Position numbers and translations under genes: made by a program. Source: Alphaproteobacteria bacterium (GTDB taxonomy: Bacteria; Pseudomonadota; Alphaproteobacteria; UBA9219; RFNS01). From it: a stretch of 64,000 nucleotides of DNA. This document shows, one piece after another, positions 34,741 to 44,173 of this stretch. Each line of letters begins with the position of its first letter. The first letter of the stretch is position 1. The DNA lies in NCBI GenBank assembly GCA_049653105.1, contig JBASFQ010000017.1, forward strand, positions 3,304 through 67,303, read 5' to 3'. The notes under the pieces were generated by a model. That model searched no databases, had not been told where the DNA came from, and saw only the letters and a program-made list of their open reading frames with translations.

Positions 34741-34959
34741 TCAGAAGTCTTTCCCAAGCGCCGCAACAAGAAGAAACAGCGCCACGGCAACCCCTTGCAA
34801 GATAAGGCGGGCACGCATCAGACGATTACCGTATTTCTTATTAAACTCCCCGCCTTTGGCCATGGAAAACACGCCCAGCCCAAGCACGGCAACAACAGCC
34901 GCCAGTGCGGTAAACATACAAATGGTAATAAAGACAGGCATGAGGGTATTGTAGGCCAT
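34741..34959 (-). CDS. Small two-TM membrane protein (DUF2909/HIG1-like)
   Basis: 72 aa with two hydrophobic helices and a central KGGEFNKKYGNRLMRARL. Confidence 0.4.
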   Translation of the reverse strand: MAYNTLMPVFITICMFTALAAVVAVLGLGVFSMAKGGEFNKKYGNRLMRARLILQGVAVALFLLVAALGKDF

Positions 34960-34982
34960 GATTAATCTCTTGGCGAGAATAA

Positions 34983-35990
34983 ATGGTTGTTTTAGGCATT
35001 GAAACCAGTTGCGATGAAACAGCGGTCGGTATCGTGGACGGTGATCGCCGGATTCTGGCGAACCGGGTCGCCAGCCAGCTAGACGCGCACCGCCCCTATG
35101 GGGGCGTTGTACCTGAAATCGCAGCGCGCGCGCACTTACAGCATCTTGATCACCTGGTGCAGGAAGCGCTCGTGGAATCCAGGCTGGAACTGACCCGGAT
35201 CGATGCTATCGCCGCAACCTGCGGCCCTGGTCTCATCGGAGGCGTCATGGTTGGCGCCATGTTTGGCAAGGGCATCGCCGCCGCATGCGGCCTGCCATTT
35301 ATCGCGATAAATCACCTGGAAGCGCATGCGCTCACGGCGCGGTTGACCCACGACGTTGCCTTCCCTTACCTGCTGCTGCTGATTTCCGGCGGTCATTGCC
35401 AGTTGCACCTGGCAAACGATGTCGGCAAGTTTGAACTGCTGGGTGCAACCATGGATGACGCCGTTGGCGAATGCTTCGACAAAACAGCGAAGCTGCTCGG
35501 CCTGCCCTACCCCGGCGGACCGGAAATCGAAGCGCTGGCCTGTTCCGGCAACGCCGCGCGTTTCAAATTGCCGCTGCCGCTTCTGGATCATGATCATTGT
35601 GACTTTTCCTTCTCGGGGCTGAAAACTGCCGTACGCCACCTGATTGAACGCACCCCTGATGCCGACACCCAGTTCCGCGCCGATCTTGCCGCCAGCCTGC
35701 AGCAAGCGATTGCCGTGATTCTTGCCACCAAGACTTCCCGTGCGTTGCAGCGCGCCTTACCCCGGAAACCGACCGCTCTGGTCGTTGCCGGCGGAGTTGC
35801 CGCCAATATGGCATTACGGGCGAGTCTGGCGGCTACGGCCGAAGATTATGGGCTGCCGCTCATCGCGCCCCCCCCTGCTTTATGCACCGATAATGGGGTC
35901 ATGATCGCCTGGGCTGGGCTGGAACGGCTGCGATTGGGCATGACCGATGGTCTTGATGCCGCTGCCCGCCCGCGCTGGCCGCTCGCATAG
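34983..35990 (+). CDS. tsaD: tRNA N6-adenosine threonylcarbamoyltransferase TsaD
   Basis: MVVLGIETSCDETAVGIV ... AINHLEAH ... typical Kae1/TsaD family. Confidence 0.9.
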   Translation: MVVLGIETSCDETAVGIVDGDRRILANRVASQLDAHRPYGGVVPEIAARAHLQHLDHLVQEALVESRLELTRIDAIAATCGPGLIGGVMVGAMFGKGIAAACGLPFIAINHLEAHALTARLTHDVAFPYLLLLISGGHCQLHLANDVGKFELLGATMDDAVGECFDKTAKLLGLPYPGGPEIEALACSGNAARFKLPLPLLDHDHCDFSFSGLKTAVRHLIERTPDADTQFRADLAASLQQAIAVILATKTSRALQRALPRKPTALVVAGGVAANMALRASLAATAEDYGLPLIAPPPALCTDNGVMIAWAGLERLRLGMTDGLDAAARPRWPLA

Positions 35991-36061
35991 GCGCGTTTTT
36001 ATTACTGACGACACCCCCATATCACGCTACAAAATCGCCAGCATGAGCAGATAACGGGCCT

Positions 36062-37072
36062 GTGATCGTGACGCATTCTCCTTTCCAGCATTTCGGCATT
36101 ATCGGTGGTGGCGCCTGGGGCACGGCGCTGGGACTGGCGCTACTGCGCAGCGGACTGCGCGTCACCCTATGGGCGCGCAGTGCCGCCATTGTTGACGCCA
36201 TCAATACCCGGCACGAGAATCCGGTTTACCTTCCCAACACGCCGCTCGATCACGGATTGCATGCCACCACCGATCTTGGTGTCGTCACAGGCTGCGATGC
36301 GGTGCTCCTTGCTACGCCGGCACAACGCTTGCGAACCGTCACAGAAACGCTGCAAGGACTCGCCCCTCAAACGCCGTTGATTATTTGCGCCAAAGGGATT
36401 GAACAACAGACACTGGCCTTGATGAGCGAAGTCTTGCAAGCGACGCAGCCGCGCCAGCCGGTCGCCGTTCTTTCCGGACCTACATTCGCCACCGAAGTTG
36501 CGCGCGGCATGCCTACGGCGATAACTCTGGCAACACGCGACCAGACTCTGGGGATGAATCTGGCAACCGCGCTCGGCAACAAAACCCTGCGCCCGTATCT
36601 TTCGGACGACGTCGTCGGCACGCAAATCGGTGGTGCGATCAAGAATGTTCTGGCTGTCGCCTGCGGCATCGTCGAAGGGCGCGGTTTTGGCGACAATGCC
36701 CGTGCCGCGATCATCACCCGAGGCCTGAGCGAAATGACCCGACTCGGCAGCGCCCTGGGCGGCAAGATGGAAACCGCGATGGGGCTATCCGGCATCGGCG
36801 ATCTGGTGCTGACCTGCACCGGCGCGCAATCGCGCAATATGTCCCTGGGCCACGCCCTGGGTCAGGGACGGGCGCTGGCGGATATATTGGCCGAACGCAA
36901 AAGTGTTGCCGAAGGTGTTTTCACCGCCGAAGCCGCCGTCGCTTTGGCCGCCATGCATCGTGTCGAATTGCCAATTTGCGCGGCGGTTGACCGGATTCTG
37001 AACCGTAATGCCGCCATCGACGCGGAAATTGCCGGTCTTTTGACCCGCCCGCTTAAGCAGGAAGGCAAATAG
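36062..37072 (+). CDS. gpsA: NAD(P)H-dependent glycerol-3-phosphate dehydrogenase
   Basis: GIIGGGAWGTALGLAL Rossmann motif and the typical GpsA C-terminus. Confidence 0.9.
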   Translation: MIVTHSPFQHFGIIGGGAWGTALGLALLRSGLRVTLWARSAAIVDAINTRHENPVYLPNTPLDHGLHATTDLGVVTGCDAVLLATPAQRLRTVTETLQGLAPQTPLIICAKGIEQQTLALMSEVLQATQPRQPVAVLSGPTFATEVARGMPTAITLATRDQTLGMNLATALGNKTLRPYLSDDVVGTQIGGAIKNVLAVACGIVEGRGFGDNARAAIITRGLSEMTRLGSALGGKMETAMGLSGIGDLVLTCTGAQSRNMSLGHALGQGRALADILAERKSVAEGVFTAEAAVALAAMHRVELPICAAVDRILNRNAAIDAEIAGLLTRPLKQEGK

Positions 37073-37073
37073 C

Positions 37074-37493
37074 ATGGCCTATTGGCTGATGAAATCCGAA
37101 CCCACCGTCTATTCATGGAACAAGTTGGTCAAAGAAAAACGCACGGCATGGAATGGCGTACGGAATTATCAGGCCGCCAATAACATGCGCGCCATGCAGA
37201 TCGGCGACGAAGCCTTTTTCTATCATTCCAACGAGGGGTTAGAGATTGTTGGGATCATGAAAATAATCAAGACAGCCTATCCCGACCCGACCGACACCAC
37301 CGGAAAATTCGTCATGGTCGATGTCGCGCCGGTGCGCGCGCTGAAGCGTCCGGTCACGTTACAGGAAATTAAAGCTGATAAAACGCTTGGTCAGATGGCG
37401 ATGGTCAGACAAATGCGCCTGTCCGTCACGCCGGTGACAAAAACAGAGTGGCAGAAAATTCTTTCCAGATCAGAAACAGTCCCTTCCTTATGA
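37074..37493 (+). CDS. EVE (PUA-like) domain protein
   Basis: MAYWLMKSEPTVYSW ... typical EVE N-terminus. Confidence 0.8.
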   Translation: MAYWLMKSEPTVYSWNKLVKEKRTAWNGVRNYQAANNMRAMQIGDEAFFYHSNEGLEIVGIMKIIKTAYPDPTDTTGKFVMVDVAPVRALKRPVTLQEIKADKTLGQMAMVRQMRLSVTPVTKTEWQKILSRSETVPSL

Positions 37494-37712
37494 GGAAAGG
37501 GTACCATTGATATATGCGCGTCTTGCGGACATAAGGCGTTCCAGATCTTTTCTTGAGGGTGATTTCATGCGCGCGACGCTCCCTAGCAGACCGTTAAGTT
37601 GCGACGGGGTTACCAACGCTTTTACCCCCTGCGCGAACTTCAGCTCTACTTTCTCGCCTTTTCCGAAGGTAAAACTTTTGATCACGTCCTTTTCCATAAC
37701 TCCCCCAAACAC
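37488..37712 (-). CDS. Small hypothetical protein
   Basis: 74-aa ORF; no motif. Confidence 0.3.
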   Translation of the reverse strand: MFGGVMEKDVIKSFTFGKGEKVELKFAQGVKALVTPSQLNGLLGSVARMKSPSRKDLERLMSARRAYINGTLSS

Positions 37713-37830
37713 ACACTGTTGCCAATGCCTGTGAGGCTAACTTATGATTTTTTGAAAGTAAAACCTAAAATACGGAACAACATCCCAAATCGGGACATTG
37801 CCGTAAACGTACCGTCAATATATCAGATAT

Positions 37831-38064
37831 TTAGCGCCGCGATGGCGGCAAGGTCATGCCCACTTCCTGCGCCGCGCGCAGGATACGTTCGCCGATTGAG
37901 CCGACTCGGGCGGCGGCGGCGGCATAACCGCCCTGGGTTCTGCGGATGGCCGACAGGGTCTTGTCCAGCGCCACCAGATTGGTCTGGTTCGTCATCGACA
38001 CAAGCCGGTCAAGCGTCTCGTCGGTTGACGGAACTGCCGGTCTGAATTCTGGTCCGTGTGCCAT
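37831..38064 (-). CDS. Small hypothetical protein
   Basis: 77-aa ORF; no motif. Confidence 0.3.
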   Translation of the reverse strand: MAHGPEFRPAVPSTDETLDRLVSMTNQTNLVALDKTLSAIRRTQGGYAAAAARVGSIGERILRAAQEVGMTLPPSRR

Positions 38065-38373
38065 GCGCCTAACCTCAAAAAACCGAAGCTGCTACTGCCG
38101 ATTTGCTATGCGCCGACACTAACAGTGATTCTTAAATGAGCCGTTAATTAAGGGCTGTTTCACCGGAATGACGACGCATCGGAACATGCACCAGTCATTT
38201 ACCATAACAGCCCCCAATTCTTTGCCCTTCATGCCACCGCCTGTGCCCGGCCACGTTACCCGTCATGATAACCGACGCATTAACCAAACCAGGCGCAAAA
38301 ACCCATAGCAAGCGGAGCAATCAAGCGGAAATCCCTTGAGATTCTCTTAACGCTCGCACGTTATAATCATGGC

Positions 38374-38772
38374 ATGACGGAAATATACCGGACAGCCTTG
38401 TCAGGCCTCTTTGCCGCCGGCGCGCGAATCGCCAATAATGCGAATAATATCGCCAATATTTATTCGACGGGGCGTTTGCCCACAAACCCCGGCGAAGCTT
38501 CCGGTGCCTATGCCCCGACGCGGGCAGGAACACAGACGGCTCCCAGCGGCGGCGTTATCGTCGATATTACGCCGGTGACGCCGGCCTATAATGTCGTCTC
38601 AGAGCCGGATTCACCCGAAGCCAATGCCGATGGCCTGGTGGCCGCGCCCAATATTGATTTGGCGAATGAGCTGGTCGACCTTAAACTTGCTTCGGTGCTT
38701 TACGCGGCCAATGCCGCTGTCATCAAGACCCAAAGCGACAATGAAAAAAAGTTGCTGGACACGCTTGCCTGA
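38374..38772 (+). CDS. flgC: Flagellar basal-body rod protein FlgC-like (orphan)
   Basis: The N-terminal rod motif ALSGLFAAGARIANNANNIAN and the C-terminal APNIDLANELVDLKLASVLYAANAAV match the FlgC termini. Confidence 0.55.
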   Translation: MTEIYRTALSGLFAAGARIANNANNIANIYSTGRLPTNPGEASGAYAPTRAGTQTAPSGGVIVDITPVTPAYNVVSEPDSPEANADGLVAAPNIDLANELVDLKLASVLYAANAAVIKTQSDNEKKLLDTLA

Positions 38773-38810
38773 TTCCCTTTCCGCTTCCTCGCTCAAACGT
38801 TCGGCCTGCC

Positions 38811-39269
38811 ATGAACGCCCATAATTTCCATGCCACCTGTGTTGCCTTTCCGCAATTCAACAATCCGGGAGTACTTTTAACCGGCGCGCCCGGTATCGGA
38901 AAATCAAGCCTCGCTTTGCAGCTCATGGACCGTGGCGCCAAACTGGTGAGCGACGATCAGACACTGCTTCAACCCGGGGCGCAGGGTTTGATTGCCACCG
39001 CCCCCGAAGGATTGCGCCAATTAATCGAAATCAACGGCTATGGTATCGTCCAGTTACCTGATGCCGCCTGCGCACCCTCGGCTGTCCTGGCTCTCTATGT
39101 CGCCTTGTATCCCACCGAACAAGCCATCGACCGGATGCCGGAGAAGCTCATCCATCAGGTTTTAACCATACCCTTGCGACGCGCCAATCTGCATGCTCAT
39201 GACCCGGCGGCGGTGGCAAAAATTTTTGCGATCCTGTCTTATCGTCTGCTAGATTACACGGATGCCTAG
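38811..39269 (+). CDS. hprK: HPr kinase/phosphorylase, short alphaproteobacterial form (C-terminal kinase domain only)
   Basis: VLLTGAPGIGKSSLALQLMDRGAKLVSDD P-loop. Confidence 0.8.
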   Translation: MNAHNFHATCVAFPQFNNPGVLLTGAPGIGKSSLALQLMDRGAKLVSDDQTLLQPGAQGLIATAPEGLRQLIEINGYGIVQLPDAACAPSAVLALYVALYPTEQAIDRMPEKLIHQVLTIPLRRANLHAHDPAAVAKIFAILSYRLLDYTDA

Positions 39270-40173
39270 CTTCACTCTTGTCGAAACCCCTCCGGTTCCT
39301 CCTGTACGCAGGATTGTATTCATCACCGGAATATCCGGCGCGGGCATGTCAACGGCGCTGAAGACCCTTGAAGATCTGGGCTATGCTGCCGTCGACAATC
39401 TGCCGCAAAGCATGATCGGCGCACTGGTTGCCCATCGCAGCAGCGCCGAAAAATCCCTGGCCGTCAGCATCGACAGCCGCAATGCCGACTTCAGCGTTTC
39501 GGACTTGCTCCAGCAATACGCCCGACTGCGCGATGACTCGACCTTGCATATCACGCTGGTCTTCCTTGATTGCGATGATGAAGCCCTGCTGCGACGGTTT
39601 AGCGAAACACGCCGGCGGCATCCTCTGGCCATCGACCGGCCGGTCATTGACGGCATCCGGCGCGAACGCGCCTTGCTGACCCCCCTGATGGAACAGGCGG
39701 ATCAGGTGATCGACACCTCATTGCTGTCAATCCGCGAATTGCGGCGCGTTTTGGTCGGTAATTATCGGCTCGACCGCACGACCGGACTGAGCGTCTTCGT
39801 CACTTCTTTTGCCTTTCGGCACGGCGTGCCGCGCGAAGCTGATCTGGTGTTCGATGTGCGTTTCCTGACCAACCCGCATTGGGAGCCTGAGCTGCGCCCC
39901 CTGACCGGACGCGACCTGGAAATCGCTAATTTTATCGCCCGCGACCCCGATTATGCACCATTTATGAAGCACTTGCTGGCACTGATCACCCCCCTCTTGC
40001 CACGCTTCACACAAGAGGGCAAAAGTTACCTGACGATTGCCATCGGGTGCACGGGCGGCAAACACCGTTCTGTGCTGGTGGCCGAACAGTTGGCGATGGC
40101 GCTCGCAGCCCAAGGCTATATTGTCGGCATCGACCACCGCGACATCGATCGTACTGTCAAAGAAACAAGATAA
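39262..40173 (+). CDS. rapZ: RNase adapter protein RapZ (YhbJ)
   Basis: ITGISGAGMSTALKTLEDLGY...DNLP Walker A and RapZ architecture. Confidence 0.9.
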   Translation: MPSFTLVETPPVPPVRRIVFITGISGAGMSTALKTLEDLGYAAVDNLPQSMIGALVAHRSSAEKSLAVSIDSRNADFSVSDLLQQYARLRDDSTLHITLVFLDCDDEALLRRFSETRRRHPLAIDRPVIDGIRRERALLTPLMEQADQVIDTSLLSIRELRRVLVGNYRLDRTTGLSVFVTSFAFRHGVPREADLVFDVRFLTNPHWEPELRPLTGRDLEIANFIARDPDYAPFMKHLLALITPLLPRFTQEGKSYLTIAIGCTGGKHRSVLVAEQLAMALAAQGYIVGIDHRDIDRTVKETR

Positions 40174-40258
40174 CACCACGTCTTTTTTTGTTAATCGCCC
40201 CGGAGCAAGTCGCGCGTCCGGTTCTCCGAAAACCCCAAGGGATTCCAAGAGGCATATT

Positions 40259-40657
40259 ATGATTGGCATTGTTCTTATCACCCATGGTCGTCTGGGCGCC
40301 GAAATGCTGGCCGCGCTGGAGCACGTCGTGGGGCCGCAACAACAGGCCATGGCGATAAGTATCGGCCCCGATGACGATATTGATAAAAGGCGCGCCGACT
40401 TGCTGGCGGCGATTGCGGCGTGTGAGCGTGGCAAAGGCGTCGTGGTTCTGACCGACATGTTCGGCGGCACGCCCAGCAATCTTGCGATCTCGGCGCTTGG
40501 CCAGGCCAAAGTTGAGGTTATTGCAGGGGTCAATCTTCCGATGCTGATCAAACTCGCCTCTGTCCGCGCCGACAAAAACCTCGCCACGGCGATTGCCGAA
40601 GCGCAGGATGCGGGTCGGAAATATATCAATGTTGCCTCGGCCCTTCTGAATGGGTGA
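40259..40657 (+). CDS. PTS EIIA, mannose family (ManX-like / EIIA-Ntr-type partner)
   Basis: MIGIVLITHGRLGAEMLAALEHVVG with the phospho-His in THG. Start taken at the internal ATG 40259. Confidence 0.8.
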   Translation: MIGIVLITHGRLGAEMLAALEHVVGPQQQAMAISIGPDDDIDKRRADLLAAIAACERGKGVVVLTDMFGGTPSNLAISALGQAKVEVIAGVNLPMLIKLASVRADKNLATAIAEAQDAGRKYINVASALLNG

Positions 40658-40694
40658 CTCGATGACCGCTCCGAACTACGGCGAACTGTGCGAA

Positions 40695-40949
40695 ATGGTA
40701 ACTGTCGTGAATCAGCGCGGATTGCATGCGCGCGCGGCGGCGAAGTTCGTGAAAATCGCGCTTCAGTACACGGCCGACATTCAGGTCGTCAAAGACGGCG
40801 CACGCGTTTCGGGCAAATCCATCATGGGGTTGATGATGCTGGCGGCGGGACGCGGTACGATGCTGAAAATCTGCGTATCGGGATCTGATGCCAACGACGT
40901 CCTGACGATCTTGAGTGACCTGGTCAAACGGGGCTTTGATGAAACGTGA
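40695..40949 (+). CDS. ptsH: Phosphocarrier protein HPr/NPr
   Basis: MVTVVNQRGLHARAAAKFV with the His in GLHARAA. Start at the internal ATG. Confidence 0.75.
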   Translation: MVTVVNQRGLHARAAAKFVKIALQYTADIQVVKDGARVSGKSIMGLMMLAAGRGTMLKICVSGSDANDVLTILSDLVKRGFDET

Positions 40950-42711
40950 ACCGCGCGTTCTTTCCGGCATCGGCGTCGCGCCCGGCATCGCCATCGGCCC
41001 GGCCTATGTCATCGGCGCGTTTGGCATCAATGTGCCGGAATACGCTATTGGCGCACATCAGGTCGCCGATGAAGTCACGCGTTTTGACCGCGCGACCGAG
41101 CAGGCGCGCAAACAAATCAAACAACTGCAGAACCGGACCGAATCCTTGCCCGCCGGCGCAGCCGAGGAAATCAACATTCTGCTCGAGGCGCACCATGCCA
41201 TGTTGTCCGGCTCGCGCCTGGTGCGTGGCGTCGAGACGCTGATCCGGAACGCACGGATCAATGCCGAGGCCGCCATCGAGCGGCAGATCGCCGAAATCGG
41301 TGCCGGTTTTGCCAGCATGGACGACAGCTATCTGGCGTCGCGGATTGCCGATATTCGCGAAGTCGGTCAACGTCTGCTACGCAACCTGCTCCAGCAACAT
41401 TACCATCCTTTCGCCAATGCCCCCGTAGGCAGCATCCTGATCGCCGACGAAATTACGCCCGCCGACACGGCCTTGATGGATCCCAAGAAAATCGCCGGAT
41501 TCGCCGCCGTTCTGGGCGGCGCCGAGGGTCACGCCGCAATCATGGCACGCGCGCTCGGCCTGCCCGCTGTTCTCGGCGTAACCGCCTTACTGCAAGGCGT
41601 GAACCAGAATGATCCGATTATCATTGACGGTTATCGCGGCGAAATCATCGTCCATCCGAATGCCGCGCAAATCCGCGTTGCCAAACAACTGCTGCAGAAA
41701 CAGACGGCTGAACACGGCAAATTACGCGCGTTGAAACGGCTGGCAGCGACGACGCGGGATGATGTCACCATCACGCTGCACGCCAATCTGGAGCTGCCCC
41801 GTGAACTGGGCGCCGCGTTGGATGCAGGGGCGCAAGGCATCGGCCTGCTCCGCACCGAATTCATGTTCATGAACCGCCCCGACTTGCCGGACGAAGATGA
41901 GCAATATGCCGCCCTGCGTACGCTGGTCGACGGCTTGAATGGCAAGCCTTTGACCGTACGCACACTTGATGTTGGCGGTGAAAAACTGGCAGGCGCGATG
42001 GGCCAATTGGGCACAGGCAGCGCCAATCCGGCTTTAGGTCTGCGTGCCATCCGGCTCGGGCTAAAAATGCCCAAGATTCTGGAAGCGCAATTGGCAGCGA
42101 TTCTGCGTGCCGCCGCGCATGGCCCCATAAGAATCCTGATCCCGATGATTTCCACTGTCGATCAGATGCAGCAAGTACGCCACATCATGCATCAGGTCGC
42201 CAAGAAATTGCAGCGACGCAACGTCAAACTTCCCGCCCAATTGCCGCCTTTGGGAGCGATGATAGAAATCCCCGGAGCTGCTTTGGCGGCTGATGCCCTG
42301 GCGCAAGTCAGCGATTTTTTCGCCATCGGTTCCAACGATCTGACTCAATACACGCTAGCCATTGATCGTGGCGATGAACAGGTGGCCGAACTCTACAACC
42401 CCCTGCATCCGGCAGTCTTGCGCCTGATCCAGTTCACCACTGTCGCCGCGCTGCGCGCGCGCATCGGTGTCAGTTTGTGCGGCGAAATGGCGGGCGATCC
42501 AAATTACACCGCGCTGCTGCTCGGACTGGGGTTACACGAACTCTCCATGTCGCCAGCACGTTTGCCGCGCGTCAAACAGAATATCCGCAGCCTTGAACTG
42601 GCGACGGCCAGTGGTCTGGCTGAACGTATTATGGCACAAAGCGACGAGGCCGAGATCAAGCGCATGGTGCATGAATACACCGCAATGCCCTCGCGCCACG
42701 GCCGCCGTTGA
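40939..42711 (+). CDS. ptsI: Phosphoenolpyruvate-protein phosphotransferase (Enzyme I)
   Basis: GGAEGHAAIMARALGLPAV phospho-His motif and PEP-utilising C-terminus. No GAF domain, so EI rather than EI-Ntr. Confidence 0.85.
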   Translation: MKREPRVLSGIGVAPGIAIGPAYVIGAFGINVPEYAIGAHQVADEVTRFDRATEQARKQIKQLQNRTESLPAGAAEEINILLEAHHAMLSGSRLVRGVETLIRNARINAEAAIERQIAEIGAGFASMDDSYLASRIADIREVGQRLLRNLLQQHYHPFANAPVGSILIADEITPADTALMDPKKIAGFAAVLGGAEGHAAIMARALGLPAVLGVTALLQGVNQNDPIIIDGYRGEIIVHPNAAQIRVAKQLLQKQTAEHGKLRALKRLAATTRDDVTITLHANLELPRELGAALDAGAQGIGLLRTEFMFMNRPDLPDEDEQYAALRTLVDGLNGKPLTVRTLDVGGEKLAGAMGQLGTGSANPALGLRAIRLGLKMPKILEAQLAAILRAAAHGPIRILIPMISTVDQMQQVRHIMHQVAKKLQRRNVKLPAQLPPLGAMIEIPGAALAADALAQVSDFFAIGSNDLTQYTLAIDRGDEQVAELYNPLHPAVLRLIQFTTVAALRARIGVSLCGEMAGDPNYTALLLGLGLHELSMSPARLPRVKQNIRSLELATASGLAERIMAQSDEAEIKRMVHEYTAMPSRHGRR

Positions 42712-42771
42712 GTTTCCTGCCCGAAACTGTTACAAGCCGCCTGAATCAGCCGCATCCCGAAAGGAATCTCC

Positions 42772-44085
42772 ATGGCCCAGACCGCAGCCAAGACCACCTT
42801 CAGCGATTATAAAGTCAAGGATATGAGCCTCGCCGCCTGGGGCCGCAAGGAGATCAGCCTGGCCGAAACCGAAATGCCGGGTCTGATGGCCGTCCGTGAA
42901 GAATATAAGGGAAAGTTTCCATTGAAAGGCGCGCGAATCACCGGCTGCCTGCATATGACAATCCAAACCGCCGTTCTGATCGAAACGCTGACGGCGCTTG
43001 GCGCCGAAGTCCGTTGGTCGTCTTGCAACATCTTTTCAACGCAGGATCATGCGGCCGCCGCCATTGCTGCCGCAGGCATTCCCGTGTTTGCCTGGAAAGG
43101 CATGGACGAAAAGGAATACTGGGCTTGTATCGAACAGACCATAACCGGCCCCGGCGGCTGGAAACCCAATATGCTGCTCGATGACGGTGCCGATTTGACC
43201 CTGATGATGCATGAAAAGCATCCCGACATGCTGAAGGACGTACGCGGCGTGTCGGAAGAAACCACGACGGGCGTGCATCGCCTGCACGCGCTGGCCAAGA
43301 AGGGCAAGCTCCTGATCCCCGCCATCAATATCAATGACAGCGTGACAAAATCGAAATTCGATAATCTTTATGGCTGCCGCGAAAGTCTGGTTGACGGCAT
43401 TCGTCGCGCAACCGACGTCATGATGGCAGGAAAAATCGCCATGGTCTGTGGCTATGGCGATGTCGGCAAAGGCTCGGCCGCCAGCCTGCGTTCAGCCGGC
43501 GCGCGCGTGATGGTCTCCGAAGTCGACCCCATCAATGCGTTGCAAGCGGCGATGGAGGGTTACGAGGTCGTGACCATGGATGATGCCGCACCCCAGGCTG
43601 ATATATTCGTGACCGCCACCGGCAATGCCGACGTCATTACGCTGGATCATATGCGGAAAATGAAAGACCGCGCCATCGTTTGCAACATCGGCCACTTCGA
43701 TACCGAGATTCAGATCGAAGCGCTGCGCAACCTGAAATGGGATGAAGTCAAGCCGCAGGTCGACGAAGTGACCTTCCCCGATGGCAAGCGTCTGATCGTC
43801 CTGGCACAAGGGCGCCTTGTCAATCTGGGCTGCGCGATGGGTCATCCGAGCTTCGTCATGAGTGCGTCTTTCACCAATCAGGTCATGGCGCAGATCGAGC
43901 TATGGTCGAATTCCGGTAAATACAAGGTTCAGGTCTATGTTTTGCCCAAACACCTGGATGAAAAGGTTGCGCGCCTGCACCTGACTAAACTTGGCGCAAA
44001 GTTAACGACCTTAACAGCCAAACAGGCTGAATATATCGGCGTTCTCGAAGAAGGCCCATACAAATCAGATAGTTACCGCTACTAG
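42772..44085 (+). CDS. ahcY: Adenosylhomocysteinase
   Basis: Typical N-terminus ([28 protein letters not shown]) and NAD-binding GYGDVGKG. Confidence 0.95.
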   Translation: MAQTAAKTTFSDYKVKDMSLAAWGRKEISLAETEMPGLMAVREEYKGKFPLKGARITGCLHMTIQTAVLIETLTALGAEVRWSSCNIFSTQDHAAAAIAAAGIPVFAWKGMDEKEYWACIEQTITGPGGWKPNMLLDDGADLTLMMHEKHPDMLKDVRGVSEETTTGVHRLHALAKKGKLLIPAININDSVTKSKFDNLYGCRESLVDGIRRATDVMMAGKIAMVCGYGDVGKGSAASLRSAGARVMVSEVDPINALQAAMEGYEVVTMDDAAPQADIFVTATGNADVITLDHMRKMKDRAIVCNIGHFDTEIQIEALRNLKWDEVKPQVDEVTFPDGKRLIVLAQGRLVNLGCAMGHPSFVMSASFTNQVMAQIELWSNSGKYKVQVYVLPKHLDEKVARLHLTKLGAKLTTLTAKQAEYIGVLEEGPYKSDSYRY

Positions 44086-44173
44086 CCCACAGCTTCGCGT
44101 TGGCACGCTCCACGGACGCTTTGCGTATCCGGGCTGCGGCTGTTACGCTCCAAGGCATGGCTATTGATCGTGT

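Noticed and set aside
42712-42771. SAH riboswitch upstream of ahcY
   Set aside because: The intergenic region is only about 60 nt, and the conserved SAH-element core and pseudoknot were not recognisable.
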